A DNA stretch of 64,000 nt, taken from Nemertoderma westbladi (Eukaryota; Animalia; Xenacoelomorpha). Position numbers and translations under genes: made by a program. Below are positions 20,674-32,689 of the stretch, in pieces. Numbering within the stretch: position 1 is the stretch's first letter; every line of letters begins with the position of its first letter. The notes beneath the pieces were generated by a model. The model was not told the DNA's origin, did not search any database, and worked only from the letters and a program-made list of their open reading frames with translations. The stretch spans positions 33,253-97,252 of the forward strand of contig JAUCBJ010008796.1 in the NCBI GenBank assembly GCA_032718475.1, given 5' to 3'.

Positions 20674-21489
20674 TTGATAGATGACACCGAACTCCAGAAT
20701 ATCATTAAATTAATAGCTTAATATACATAATAAACCGTATTATACACAAATAGTAATAGTACACTGTTATTTACTATTACACCTTTCCGAACTCCTTCAT
20801 ACAATCATGCACAAACCCTCCAACATTGAAATTTAAGTAATCACTACCATAAAAAAAGTTTGTATATCAACACTGTTTTTGGATCATAACCTAGGAATAG
20901 CACGTGGTGTTCATCCTGAACTCCGCCTATTGCACAGTTGCAAACTCGACTTTCTCTTGCTAGTGGGACCATCTTCCTGTCCCTACACGTAACCAGTGTG
21001 ATGAGAGACGGAATCTGGTGCATGCCAACCGGTGTTTATTAATTATATTTGCACACCTATTAATAGACAAACTTGGGTTGATCTTTCTGTATTTTCGTAT
21101 TATCGTTTTGTCTTATTGGATGAGTTTACAATGTGTTTTATCAGCGAAAAATAGTTTTCTCTATTATGCGCACAATCTAAGCACGAATATAACTCTGTAG
21201 ATAAAGAAAAACCTTCAATAACACTGTAAAACGACGCGAAGTGGGCAATCATCAGGCAACATAGAAACTTTTTTCAGAAATGATTCTCATCTATCCAAAA
21301 TTAATGCTTTTAAGTGCAGAAATCCACTTCCAATGTAAATTAATTCATTGGGGGTAGACTTCCTAACGCCCAACAATGTTTTTAGAATCTGTTGGTATTG
21401 GTCTTCAACAGATTTTAAATTGCCCACCCAGGACTCGCACCCATATAATATAGATGAGAAAAGAGCTGTTCTGCGACTCTCTTCTTAAT

Positions 21490-22990
21490 TAATCATGGCA
21501 CATCAACATTTTTATTTATAAAGGCAGTGAATTACAAAATATGTTTGTATTTTGCCTTTAAATGTAAGTCAAGGGCAGACTTAAACTCCCCATCCTGAGT
21601 AAAAAAAGCCGGTAATATACGTATTCCCCTGTAATTGTTGCACATAGCCCTACTACCCCTCTTAAAAATATTAATTAAACGAGACTTAGACCATTCAGAA
21701 GGATAAACAGCACTCGAGAATACAAGAATAAATAATGCTGTGATATATATTAACCACTGGATAGGTAGAAAACGTAGAAACCCTGGTGCGTATCCATCCG
21801 GCCCACTACCCGTACCACTCTGGTGCGTATCCGTCCGGCCCACTACCTGTACCACTACCCAGCCCACTACCCGGCCCACTCTGGTGCGTATCCGTCCGGC
21901 CCACTACCCGTACCACTCTGGTGCGTATCCGTCCGGCCCACTACCCGTACCACTCTGGTGCGTATCCGTCCGGCCCACTACCCGTACCACTACCCAGCCC
22001 ACTACCCGGCCCACTCTGGTGTGTATCCGTCCGGCCCACTACCCGTACCACTCTGGTGCGTATCCGTCCGGCCCACTACCCGTACCACTACCCGGCCCAC
22101 TACCGGCCCACTCTGGTGCGTATCCGTCCGGCCCACTACCCGTACCGCTCTGGTGCGTATCCATCCGGCCCACTACCCATACCGCTCTGGTGCGTATCCA
22201 TCCGGCCCACTACCCGTACCACTCTGGTGCGTATCCATCCGGCCCACTTCCCGTACCACTCTTAATTTTCCCTACTGCCTCAGTTAGCTCGCCGACTGTA
22301 ATATAATCGTCAAGGCATGGAATATATGGCAAGGGTGACGCATCTCGGTCGAGATGGATATGGTCTATGTCTGGTTGAGTGACGTTCAAGACTTTCTCAT
22401 AGTGTAATTTAAACTCCTCATCACTCAGTTGAATCTCAGACGCAGTTGTACCATCCTGGAGACTGCCCCTCCAGTTGATAGCACTCCAGCAGCGTTATCC
22501 TTCTATAGCAACTGAGTCCACCTGTTATGTGAGTCTCGCGAACCTCCAGCCATCGAGCTGACTTGAGCAGATTCAGCAAAATTATACTTGACTTAGAAGC
22601 AGATTTATACAGAGAGTTAGTAATAGACTCAATGGTTGCATCAACACTGGCTTCCTGTGGCACAGATATTGCAGTCGACTCCTATACACTTGATTGGTTT
22701 ATTACCCATAACCAGAGTGTGCATGCGCAAGCTACAGGCAAACTCATGATGACTACCCAACTCTACACCATGCCCATATATATATATTCGCCAACCATTG
22801 TATCTGCTAAGAGTGTTGCTACCAGGCGGGGATGGTTGGATGGGATTCTCCGGTCAGTTATCACTTTGACAGCCTGTGAAAAATCCAAGCACTCTGGTGA
22901 AGTAATACACAGATCGATTTCTGATATCCATACTTCACGCTGTCTAAAAGTAAGACCGGTACTGAGACAACCCATTTCTATAACTAAATG
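21490..22990 (-). mobile_element. Degenerate non-LTR retrotransposon fragment (end of APE endonuclease and start of RT)
   Basis: SEIDLC...PSNH endonuclease end; YPSEWSKSRLINIFKRG...NNYRGI RT N-terminal motif; interrupted by a minisatellite. Confidence 0.75.
21783..22262 (+). repeat. GC-rich minisatellite, ~37-bp unit
   Basis: ctggtgcgtatccgtccggcccactacccgtaccact repeated about 11 times with variant subunits. Confidence 0.95.
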
Positions 22991-23771
22991 ATTAGCTACT
23001 ACTAATCCTGTTTATTTTATTATCCCGCATAATTTGTGTTAATTATGATGTTAATGATGTTAATCCAAGTGATAGTTTCATTTTTTATTTAAATCTGATT
23101 GTGCTTATACATTCTCCATATCTAAGTAAATATCCAAAAAGTTAAAGATTCATATCTCATTGAATCGTATCGTAGGTATCCATAACATTGTTATTATTAT
23201 GATAAAAACCTTTTATATTTACTTTTCCGTATCCAGTCAAGATTTTACACCTTTTCAATTTATTTATCCGCATCCAGTCAAGATTTTAGATTAGTTTTTA
23301 GACATTAGCCAAAGTAATTCTACATAAACTGTTCTCAGTATCTCAGTCAGTTTGTCATTATATTTATTTCCGGATAGGGAATCGTGAAATCAAAGTAATC
23401 GGTCAAACTTGTTGTCTAAATCAATTTATAGCGGACGTGAGCAAACCAAGCGGGAAATTATTGAATAGAACAATTTTGGAATGGCGTTTTTCTCTGTTAA
23501 GAGGTGTACTCCCATGGCTCCTTAAAAGTCTCATAAAGTACAAGTCTCATAAATTTACCAAGATTTATAACCTGAAATATACTATACTCACTGATACAAA
23601 ACCCATTAGCTGACCTCATCTGTCCTTACCGAGCAACTAAAATAATAAACGTAATTATTTACTATTTTACTTCTATAAACCAGTACGATACATCCCTGCC
23701 GTATCCTTTGTATGTTGTATTAATTCTCTATATTAATTGATAATTCCTTCTATAATTGTTTCATCCGATAG

Positions 23772-23950
23772 ATATGAGCAATCTACCAGCTTTAACTATA
23801 CAAACTAATAAAGCATCACTGCATTGGGGCACATCTTTTATCTTGGATTGCACATTTGCATTTAAGCCTCTGAAGGACTCCCCTATAACAATGAAATGGT
23901 ACAGAAATGGTACGGAAATGTTTATTCACACAGATCCTCGTTACTTTCAG
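23772..23950 (+). CDS. Host Ig-domain gene exon (first half of Ig domain 1)
   Basis: ag|ATATG...TTTCAG|gtaaaa; encodes FILDC...MKWYRNG (Ig B-strand Cys and C-strand Trp); phase 1 to 0. Confidence 0.85.
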
Positions 23951-24430
23951 GTAAAATTATATTGTATGAAATGTATATTTTATGGTGAATTTTAATTTAT
24001 AGTAAAGTAAAGTTAAGTGAACGTGTGAAAAACGAAACAATGGAGGCAATCCGAAGGTTCCTCTCTCTTGGCTGTTACCTATAAGGTATGGAGCCACACT
24101 AACTCCCAAGAGTGAACACACCATAACTATACAACCCTTTCTTTACTTCCCCAGCAGAATCTAGCTCCCCATTATTGTACAGCTGTATTTGCGTAATCAC
24201 TAATGTCTAAAGTGTCTTGCATTTAACTGCAACATATCAAAATCCCCTTGTCACAAATACCCAGTTTTACAGGTCTGCATCTAACATAAAATAAGTTAAC
24301 TAATTATCAACTGAGTTTAAACAGGTCACTACAATATATCATGAAAAAAGTACATAAAATCGCATTGCATAAACTTATGAATTTTTCCTACTATTTGTTT
24401 ATAACATACCGACTTATTCTCATCCAATAG

Positions 24431-24566
24431 GTTATTGGTACCGCTGGACATTCTTTGACGATTACTGACGTTGTTTACTCAGATATTGGTGTCTATAAAT
24501 GCGCTATCCGAGGTTACGATGGATCTACCAAGTTCAGCCTTGAAGTTTCCATAGGCGTTTTAGAAC
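24431..24566 (+). CDS. Host Ig-domain gene exon (second half of Ig domain 1)
   Basis: ag|GTTATT...GAAC|gtaag; encodes SLTITDVVYSDIGVYKC (DxGxYxC); phase 0 to 1. Confidence 0.85.
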
Positions 24567-25374
24567 GTAAGGACAAATATTATTATCAAAAAAAATTATT
24601 TGTTCGCAAAATATGGTAGTTTAATCCACCCACTTTGGAAAAATTGTTAATGATACAAAAGTAGATAATTAAGCGCCGATATTTATGTTTAGATTTAATT
24701 AACTTGGTATTTAGTAAGTATTTATGAATTTATTTGAAATGATAATTTTTTTAATTAAACACCGCATTAATGAAAAACAAATTATGGTTACGAGTTTAAA
24801 TGTACATTTGGTAGTATGGATCTAGTATGAACTTGAAGGTCAGATCTGCACAACACTAAAGAACATAGAGCTAAGCTACTAGCTACATTATCTTTGTCCA
24901 CCTCTCAAACTCACAAAGTTGTTCAGTTACTATTGCCAAATTTTTCATGTAAATCCAAAACACAATACAGCAAACCTTGAATATAAACTACAATTTAATA
25001 TAATGTTAACTGTTAAATTATGTGAAAGAAAAACAAATACAGTATTTTGCTAAGCTTCATAACCATAACTAGAGCATAATTATTCGAAGCAGAGAGGTGC
25101 TCAAAAAATATGATATAGCATCATATTTCCATAAAATTATTTCCGTAAAGTAAACCAGTATATATACTTCCTAAAAAAGAGACATGTTGGGCACAAGAAG
25201 TTGATCTAATTCTTCCAATTCTTTGTATGTTTCCCACAAATCCATCCCATGATTAAATTAAGAGTAATCCCTATCTCCACCAGTGTAGGAGGTTTCTTCG
25301 ATATTAACATGGTCGATTCTGGTCAATTCCAACTGAATTTAAGATACGTTCACACATCATGAACGTTCACATTC

Positions 25375-25622
25375 ATGAACGCAGATTAAGATTCAGTGGG
25401 CACTGCTGGTGAAGTAAAGACGAGGTCATACCAGATCTACTTTTCTGGCAACCAACTCATGGAAAGCGTAGTCGTGGACGACCGGCCATAACATATATAG
25501 ATCAACTTGAAAGGGATACTGAACTTGGGAGAAACGAAATTGCGACAACTATGGAGAATCGGGAAGCCTGGAAGGATCTCATTTCCACTGTCCGAGTTCG
25601 CTCGACCTAGTAGTAGTAGTAG
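25375..25622 (+). mobile_element. 5'-truncated RTE-like LINE 3' end
   Basis: RLRFSGHCW...LLFWQPTHGKRSRGRPAITYIDQL...MENREAW followed by a (TAG)n tail. Confidence 0.8.
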
Positions 25623-25852
25623 TTCACAATAATATCATATCAACATCAATATCATGTCATGATAGAAAACTTAATCCAAATATGGATATATTGGATGCAA
25701 CTTTATTGGCGTAATAAATGTGTGAATCAATAATAATACATCAGTGAATAAATCAGTATAAATAAACAAGACAGCTTTATCTATTTTAGATCGAATTCAG
25801 ATATGAATTTTGAAGCAAAAATATGAAATAATTATGGTTTATTTTTTACCAG

Positions 25853-26025
25853 CGATCGTTCTACCCGATATATGGATGGACCGTGTTAGTTCCATAATCT
25901 ACGAATCAATGCAACTGACTTGCCACTTTTCTGAAACACCTAAGAATAATGGCGATATTGTTACTCTGAAATGGATACAAAATGATGTTGAGATTTCTGT
26001 GTCAAATGCTAATCATTACGAACAG
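25853..26025 (+). CDS. Host Ig-domain gene exon (first half of Ig domain 2)
   Basis: ag|CGATC...AACAG|gtttg; encodes MQLTCHF...LKWIQND; phase 1 to 0. Confidence 0.82.
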
Positions 26026-26503
26026 GTTTGAAAACCATAACAACAATAAATGATATGGTACTGTTCTTGTGCGAGATATACGAGCAAAAATTGTAGCAAT
26101 ACAGAATTAAACTAATTATTTTATTTATTTTAAATTTTTTTCTCTATTTAGACTTATGTGGATATTAGTAGTATAATATGTAAAGTATAATATACTACTA
26201 GGATCGGCATGCTACATTGCAGCTGTATTTTTAAGAATGCTGTGCCGGTATATTAAGTATAATATAGTAAGTAATTATAATATAATATTTTATAATAAAA
26301 TTATATTTTGAAAATCTAATCTTAGGTTGATCGAAATATATTTTTGACAGACCAATATCAAGCAAGTAAAATTAATTGGAAACAGAGAAACAACATGTTG
26401 CTATCTGTTCAACTGTAAGTAGTCATCATTTTGTTTAAGCAGGGACACGAAGTGCAACCCTGTTTAAATACTGTAAGTAAAATTATCACATTGGTTACAT
26501 TTT

Positions 26504-26545
26504 TGCATACGTGTTTCGCCGGGATTTGGCTCATCAGCTACACTA
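26504..26545 (-). ncRNA. Minimal type I hammerhead ribozyme core (possibly degenerate)
   Basis: The minus strand reads tgtag CTGATGA GCC aaatccc GGC GAAAC ac GTA tgca. The core and stem II are good; stem I is imperfect. Confidence 0.55.
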
Positions 26546-26670
26546 ACCCGTGCATGCCACATGTTAATCCAACTAACTACACCTAAATCCAGCTAAATAC
26601 ACACACATACATATAAACAAAATAGCATAACATATTTGTTGGCCATAGCTTTTTCAAATTCGGCAATGAT

Positions 26671-26733
26671 GTCCAGGTGGGATCAAACTGGTGACCTCCG
26701 AGTTGGAAGTCTGACGCTCTAACCATTCAGCTA
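26671..26733 (-). mobile_element. tRNA-derived SINE head
   Basis: Minus strand TAGCTGAATGGTTAGAGCG (A box) ... AGTTTGATCCC (degenerate B box); no intact acceptor stem. Confidence 0.7.
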
Positions 26734-26740
26734 GTTTTGG

Positions 26741-29700
26741 ATGAACAACATGTGGAGATCTTACGTGCAGCGGAGGCGAGAAAGGATGCCGAGTGAGAAG
26801 AGGAGCGCAGTCGCAGAGTTGAGGCAAAACTGCAGGAGTTGGAAGACACACGTAAGCGCAAGGAACTCAAACGCGAACGCAAAGAACGCGAACACAAACA
26901 TAGGAAACTCGAATGCGAATTCGAAAGTGAAGAACGCAACGCAAGGAATGTGAACTTGAACACGAATGGGAAGAATGCGAACTTGAACTCTAACGCGAAC
27001 GTGAAGAACACAAACGCGAGGATAGGCAGATACAATGCAAAATTGAACATGAGCGTGAGCGACGATTGCTACGTGAGGAACAAGTGAACTTGAAGGCAGA
27101 AACCACTGCGAGAATTGCTAAGAAAGTAGAACAACGACAGTTAGCCAAACTAGAAAGTGTGAGGTTAGACTAGACTTAGACAAGTACTCCGATCGCGAAA
27201 CCGTTTTCTGCATATCGCATACCTGTTGGTATTAGTGCCTCACTGATTGCACAAGGTCTGCGCTATCAAGAGGATGCTTCAAGGTTAGAATATTACTGCG
27301 ACTCAGACGAGATGATAGAAGAAACTCCAAGAGGACAAAGATTGGACAAACCAAAACCAAGGGTTTGGAATCTGCCAATGGATTATGTCAGACCAGTTCG
27401 AGAGAAAACTTCCGAGTTAAACCGGAGGAAGGATCTTATGAAAGGAAACATCTTAGCCAAATAGAGCCAACAACAAAATTGAGTCAGGAATTTGTCACAA
27501 GAGAGAAGATGAGCGCTGGTATAGTGCAAGCTATAGCCCCGCACATCCAACCTATTACGGATATACTAAGCAACCTACAACTGATATATGCTGCTCAACT
27601 AAAGACTGATTTTAATCCGAGTAGACAAGAACAAGGTAGAGCCCAGTCTGGTGCACGAGTATGTATATCGGAGGCACAATTCTACAAAGACCTCAGGTAA
27701 GGACACCTGTTCCTACAATTTACAATCCCGATTTCTTGCACTCGGATGAAAGATTTATAGAAGGGGCTTGGATTAGAGCTTCAGGCTGTAAACCACTTCG
27801 AGATCAGGTAAGCAGTAGTGACTCGAGTGAGGAAGGCGAAGATTTAAGATGGCAGAAATCCTATAACCGGAAGGGAGGAAGAACAATAGTCGAGCAGGTG
27901 AGTTAAACCCATGGGTGGGGGCCAAACTCGACAACCCTGCAGAGTTGACTAACTTATTAACTAGGAATTATGCCACCCTCAGGGACATTGGTAAGTTTGC
28001 CGCCAGGCAGGGATTGCTGGCGCAACAACCCCAAAAGTTTATGGGCAACCATAAACATTGGAGGAAGTTTAACACTTATGTCAATGAGCAGTTAACAAAC
28101 AGTACCTTTACCCCCAATGAAAAATTAAATTACTTATTGCAAATGCTCCATCGTGAGCCAAGAGCCATTGCTGACAATTTCGTTGGAAACAAAAGGGCAT
28201 CTGAACTAACAATGAGACCCTTAGCGACATCTATGGGAATAAGACCAAAATGGCACAATCAATAGTAGAGGATTTGGGGAAAGGTGGAAAAATCACAACA
28301 CCTTTAGAACTGTTAAACTTGGCCAATGCCATTTCAAATGCCTTAGATATTTTAAAAACAGTGAATTTACCACACCATGGTGATCACGCTGAGGTTTTAA
28401 AGAGTATAATAAGACGCCTGAACATGTGTTATCAGCAAAAATGGCGAAAATTAGAGAACAGGTTGGAGGGTCAGGATAAGGTGTTAACACTAAGACATAT
28501 TCATGATATGACAGCTAAGTCAAACTTCTCAGAAGTGAATATGAGAGAAACTAAACCTGCTTTGGGAAGGTCTATGGTAAGTTTCAATGAAGACAAACAG
28601 ACTGTGACATTTAACTCGGTAGATAAATAGCGGAACAATAAATGGAGCGGAACAGCTGATCACACACCAAATATGGGAAACAAGACCAGCCGAGCCTTAT
28701 GTCAATTTGCCACACGCCCACAGGACTATATTGGGTTGGTATACACGGCACACGCGTACCTATCGCATATGAGTTCCCAAGTGGCGACAAGCTAATCGAT
28801 GTATACGATGACTCGCAAACTATACCTCAGACAGCACCTAACCCATGCAATTCCGTAGAACAAATGGATATAGACAATTTCAGAAGAACCTGTATCGATC
28901 ATTACAGTGATTTTAGCAAATCAGAGGAAGAGTTATATCCTGGTAATGTGAAATTGTCAGAACCACTCTATAATGATCGAACAGACAGTGAACTCAAGGA
29001 CTACTGTTATCAGACCCGTGGGTCTGGTTCAGTAGCTCACTTGACATACTTAAGTAACGTCATCACATATACCAACAAAGTTGAAGGTCAGGTGGCGAAA
29101 TATCGAGACCTCGATATTTTTCAATTAAGCAAAGAAGAATTGAATAAAGAACAGATTCGTCAAGACCTTGTGATGGGAGCTAGGACTATAGAATGGTTAA
29201 ACAAGGATGCAATGGAACCTGGATGATACGATGTGACCATATCTGCAGACAAGAAGAGATCTATAGAGATAATGGAAGATACTATACATCTTTTGCCAAG
29301 CGGACATTTTGAGGTCCAAATGTTGTGGCATCAACAGCCTCTAAAATTAGAAAATAATTACAGCCTGCCATTAAAACAATTGACTGGGGTGAGGGTGCGG
29401 CTGTTAAGGAATCAGGACATGAAGGAGAAATATTGCACTCAGATAAACAATTATCTGACAAAGGGATTCGCCGGAAAGGTAGAGAACCCAGAGATTGAGT
29501 CCAACCAGACTTATCTCCCACATCACTACGTAACCTATCCAGATAAACCTAACAAAGTCCGCATAGTAAATGATTACGCTTCAGTTTATAAGGGTATGTC
29601 CTTAAACTCGGAACTTATGGACAGTCCCAATCTGAATAACTATTTAATCGGGATATTGGTAAGCTTCAGACAGCACCGATTTGCATTTACATGCGACATT

Positions 29701-31640
29701 GAGGCAATGTTTCATCAAGTGCGAGCCTGCAAGGCTGATCAGGACAGCCTCAGATTTCTCTGGTATGAGAACGAAGACTTATCAGGTCCAGTGGTTACAT
29801 ACCAGATGTATGTTAGGATATTCAGTGCTCGCAACAGCCCAAACGGCATATTATTTGTTCTAAAGAAGACCGCAATGGCCCAAATTGGGAATTATCCGGC
29901 TGATGTCATTGAGTCGATCCTTAAGAACTTCTATATGGATGACGGATTAGTTTCCACGATTCGTAGATTAACTAATATATATAAAGTAACCGAAGTTATT
30001 TATATATTGGAGGATATTTAAAGGACAATAATGAAGGGATATATCCCTGAAGAGCCATGGAGAAGGTGAACCACAAAGGAGGATGCAGCACTGCCATTCG
30101 CCCGCCATGGCAACATTTATTACCATCAGCGATCTGTGGTGGAGCTAAACACAGAAATAAACACAATTATGACAAGGGTATGAGAAAGGAGAGGTTAAAG
30201 GCGGTGGAAGATAGGATGGAAGTGTTGAGGCGGGAGTATAGAAGTCAATATCCGTATGATTTCACTGCAGATATATATGATATAAGCGTAAACCCTGGTG
30301 AAGAGATTGCAAAGATGTATCATATGAACATGTTCTTATCACATGATGAACCCTTATCTGCCATAAGTGACCATTTCGATGGAATGCATTTGTATAGAAG
30401 GACGCGATGAGATGACGAGGAAATGCCAAAGGTCTTTAGCGTGTATAAATTGTTCTATAAGTGCTGTGAATGCATGAACAAACAAGATGTTTCCATTCGT
30501 GATTGTGTGAATGAAGAAAGACCCGACCCAATATTGACACGGTGTAAAGCACATCAATTCCTCAGGAACAACAAAGGAGGATATTCAATGAGTAATCCGA
30601 TGATAACCATAGATTTCAGCAGAAAGAAGCCACCAGCGCCTATTACACCAAGGATTACGACTCCGGATCCTTATAGTGAGATTGGAACTCGTACTACTTC
30701 TGCTTTAGTGGAAATGACTGCTGCCATGTTGCTTTATCGAGCGTATAAAGATTTGGAGGCGCAACGCGAAGCTGCACAGGACTCGGGAACATAACCCACG
30801 GGTTGGGAACTCTCGAGTCCTTGGTCAACTTTCGATCCACAACCTCCAGATAGAAAGCTCACGCATGAGCATCAGGATGAGATAGAGGCATTACAGCAAG
30901 AAGAACAAGCGGTGAAGGTGAAAAAGCTTTTCAAGAAACGATTAGTCGAGTACAACAGGAATGCAGAGAGACGCCAAGGAGAGGTAGTGAGAGTCATGGG
31001 GTTCGTCCCACAAGCTATATCTCAACCTAAACCAACGCCAATGGAGAAGGATGGAGGAGTCGTTGGAGGATTGGAAATTAATGTTCTATGATAATGAAGG
31101 AGGGTCACACCAGGAATGTTTGACCAGCAAGTGTATCCAGATCTGGGTGGCCGATGGTGTAACTCATGTGTTCATGCGCATGAGGGCGGACGGAGATAGA
31201 CCAGAGCTGATTATAACGACCCAATAAAGAAGGGGAAAGGACCCGAGAGAGCAGATTTTGAAAGTGTGTAGACGCGGAGGGATGCATGGAGCAGAGAGGA
31301 TAGATGCGAGGATGTTGCCTAAGAAGGTTAGGGAGGCGATATTAAACCAGGATTATGTGAAGGTAGAATCAGGTGTCCAGAGCGATTTGGAGAGCGATTT
31401 TAACGCTATGGAGGACCCGGAAGACCGGCTACCGAGACCCTTCGTCAACACAAAACTATTATTGTTATGGTCGCAGGATGTTAGGATATACAGGGAATAT
31501 CCTATGTCAGCTAAGACTGGTATGGGTGTTTTATAGCGCACCCATTATATAATTGGGATTTTAAATTAAAGCCGCAGAAGAAGTATGAGGAGGCATATGG
31601 TAAGAATACAGCTACATCAACGATTAAATTAGAGCCCTTT
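26741..31640 (+). mobile_element. Degenerate, internally deleted second Bel/Pao element with an ORF2 homologue
   Basis: Coiled-coil and gag fragments (KFMGNHKHWRKF...EKLNYL); RT fragment YLPHH...KVRIVND...DIEAMF...FYMDD (29233-29950); then an abrupt junction to ORF2-like sequence. Many stops and frameshifts; LTRs not recognised. Confidence 0.88.
30180..31640 (+). pseudogene. Pseudogenised homologue of the exonuclease ORF2
   Basis: NPGEEIAKMYHMNMFLSHDEPL, LFYKCCEC..RCKAHQF, FYDNEG (31084-31101), GVTHVF and IDARMLPKKVREAILNQDYVKVESGVQSDLESDFNAME..PFVNT align in order to ORF2 at 13316-17569. Confidence 0.85.
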
Positions 31641-32689
31641 TCACCAGACAAATGAATTAAAGGAAGTGAATCCACTTTGGCATCCGATGAGTCGGATAGC
31701 TGGAAAAGGGGGCACAAAAAAACAAGTAACACGCGAACCGAGTTCAGAAGAACTTGTAAAAAAAACTACAAGTAATTCTAATTCAATGCAGATATGTTTT
31801 GGATTTGTCATTCTTGTATTTCTTATTGTATTTACAGAGGTTCAAATAGGTTGGTGCACAATGTCTCTTTATGGACAACATAATGAGATAGAAGCAAAAT
31901 TTGTTAAACAACAAGCCGAACAATAGGAGTTATTGATGCACCAGGATAAAGAATGAGATTGTTAGGGCACAGTGTAGTCTAGTGCATCCAGATGTAGATA
32001 GAATAATGAATAAACAGTAGGAAGTTCAGAAACTAATAGAGGAAAGTTTGAGTTTATAGTTTATATGATCAATGCAAGTCATGTATGTAACTGGAATTGA
32101 ACCTTGGAAAAAGTCCAAGTTGTGGTCCATGGTTTTTAAGAAGAAGATGAAACTATGGATAAGTATCATGTATTCATGGCAGTATTTGGAGATCCAAGAA
32201 AAGAGTTTTGGATAGGTTTAGATGTAATACATCAGGCAACAGAAAAACTCTCTTGAACTTGAACTTGAAATTTATTTGCCATATAGACAGAATATACGTA
32301 AGTGTTGCAAAGCACCCCAACACCAAAGATTTTACCGAAATCATGGAGTGAGTGGGTGAGAGTATGATATGTCTATGATGGCCTGGATGGCAGCTAATAG
32401 CATTGCTAGTAAGAGCTACCACCCAGAAAGTGAGCAAATGCATGATGCTGAATATGTGCAAAGAAGTAATGAGGGGTGGGTGTAGGGGGAGGGTGGGGTG
32501 GTTAGGGGAGACCTGTCAGCAAAAAAAGAAATTAATCGATTTCAACTTTATATTATAATATAGTAGAATTATTTAGAATAATGTTGAACGGACGCAATAG
32601 AGAGACTAAAGATTTTAATAAAGAGTGTATGTATATACTAAACTTTAAATTATACACTGTTTGTATGTAAACTGTAGCTACCGTATAAA

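Noticed and set aside
21740-22306. Three overlapping Pro/Thr-rich ORFs
   Set aside because: Artefacts of a stop-free 37-bp minisatellite that is open in all three frames.
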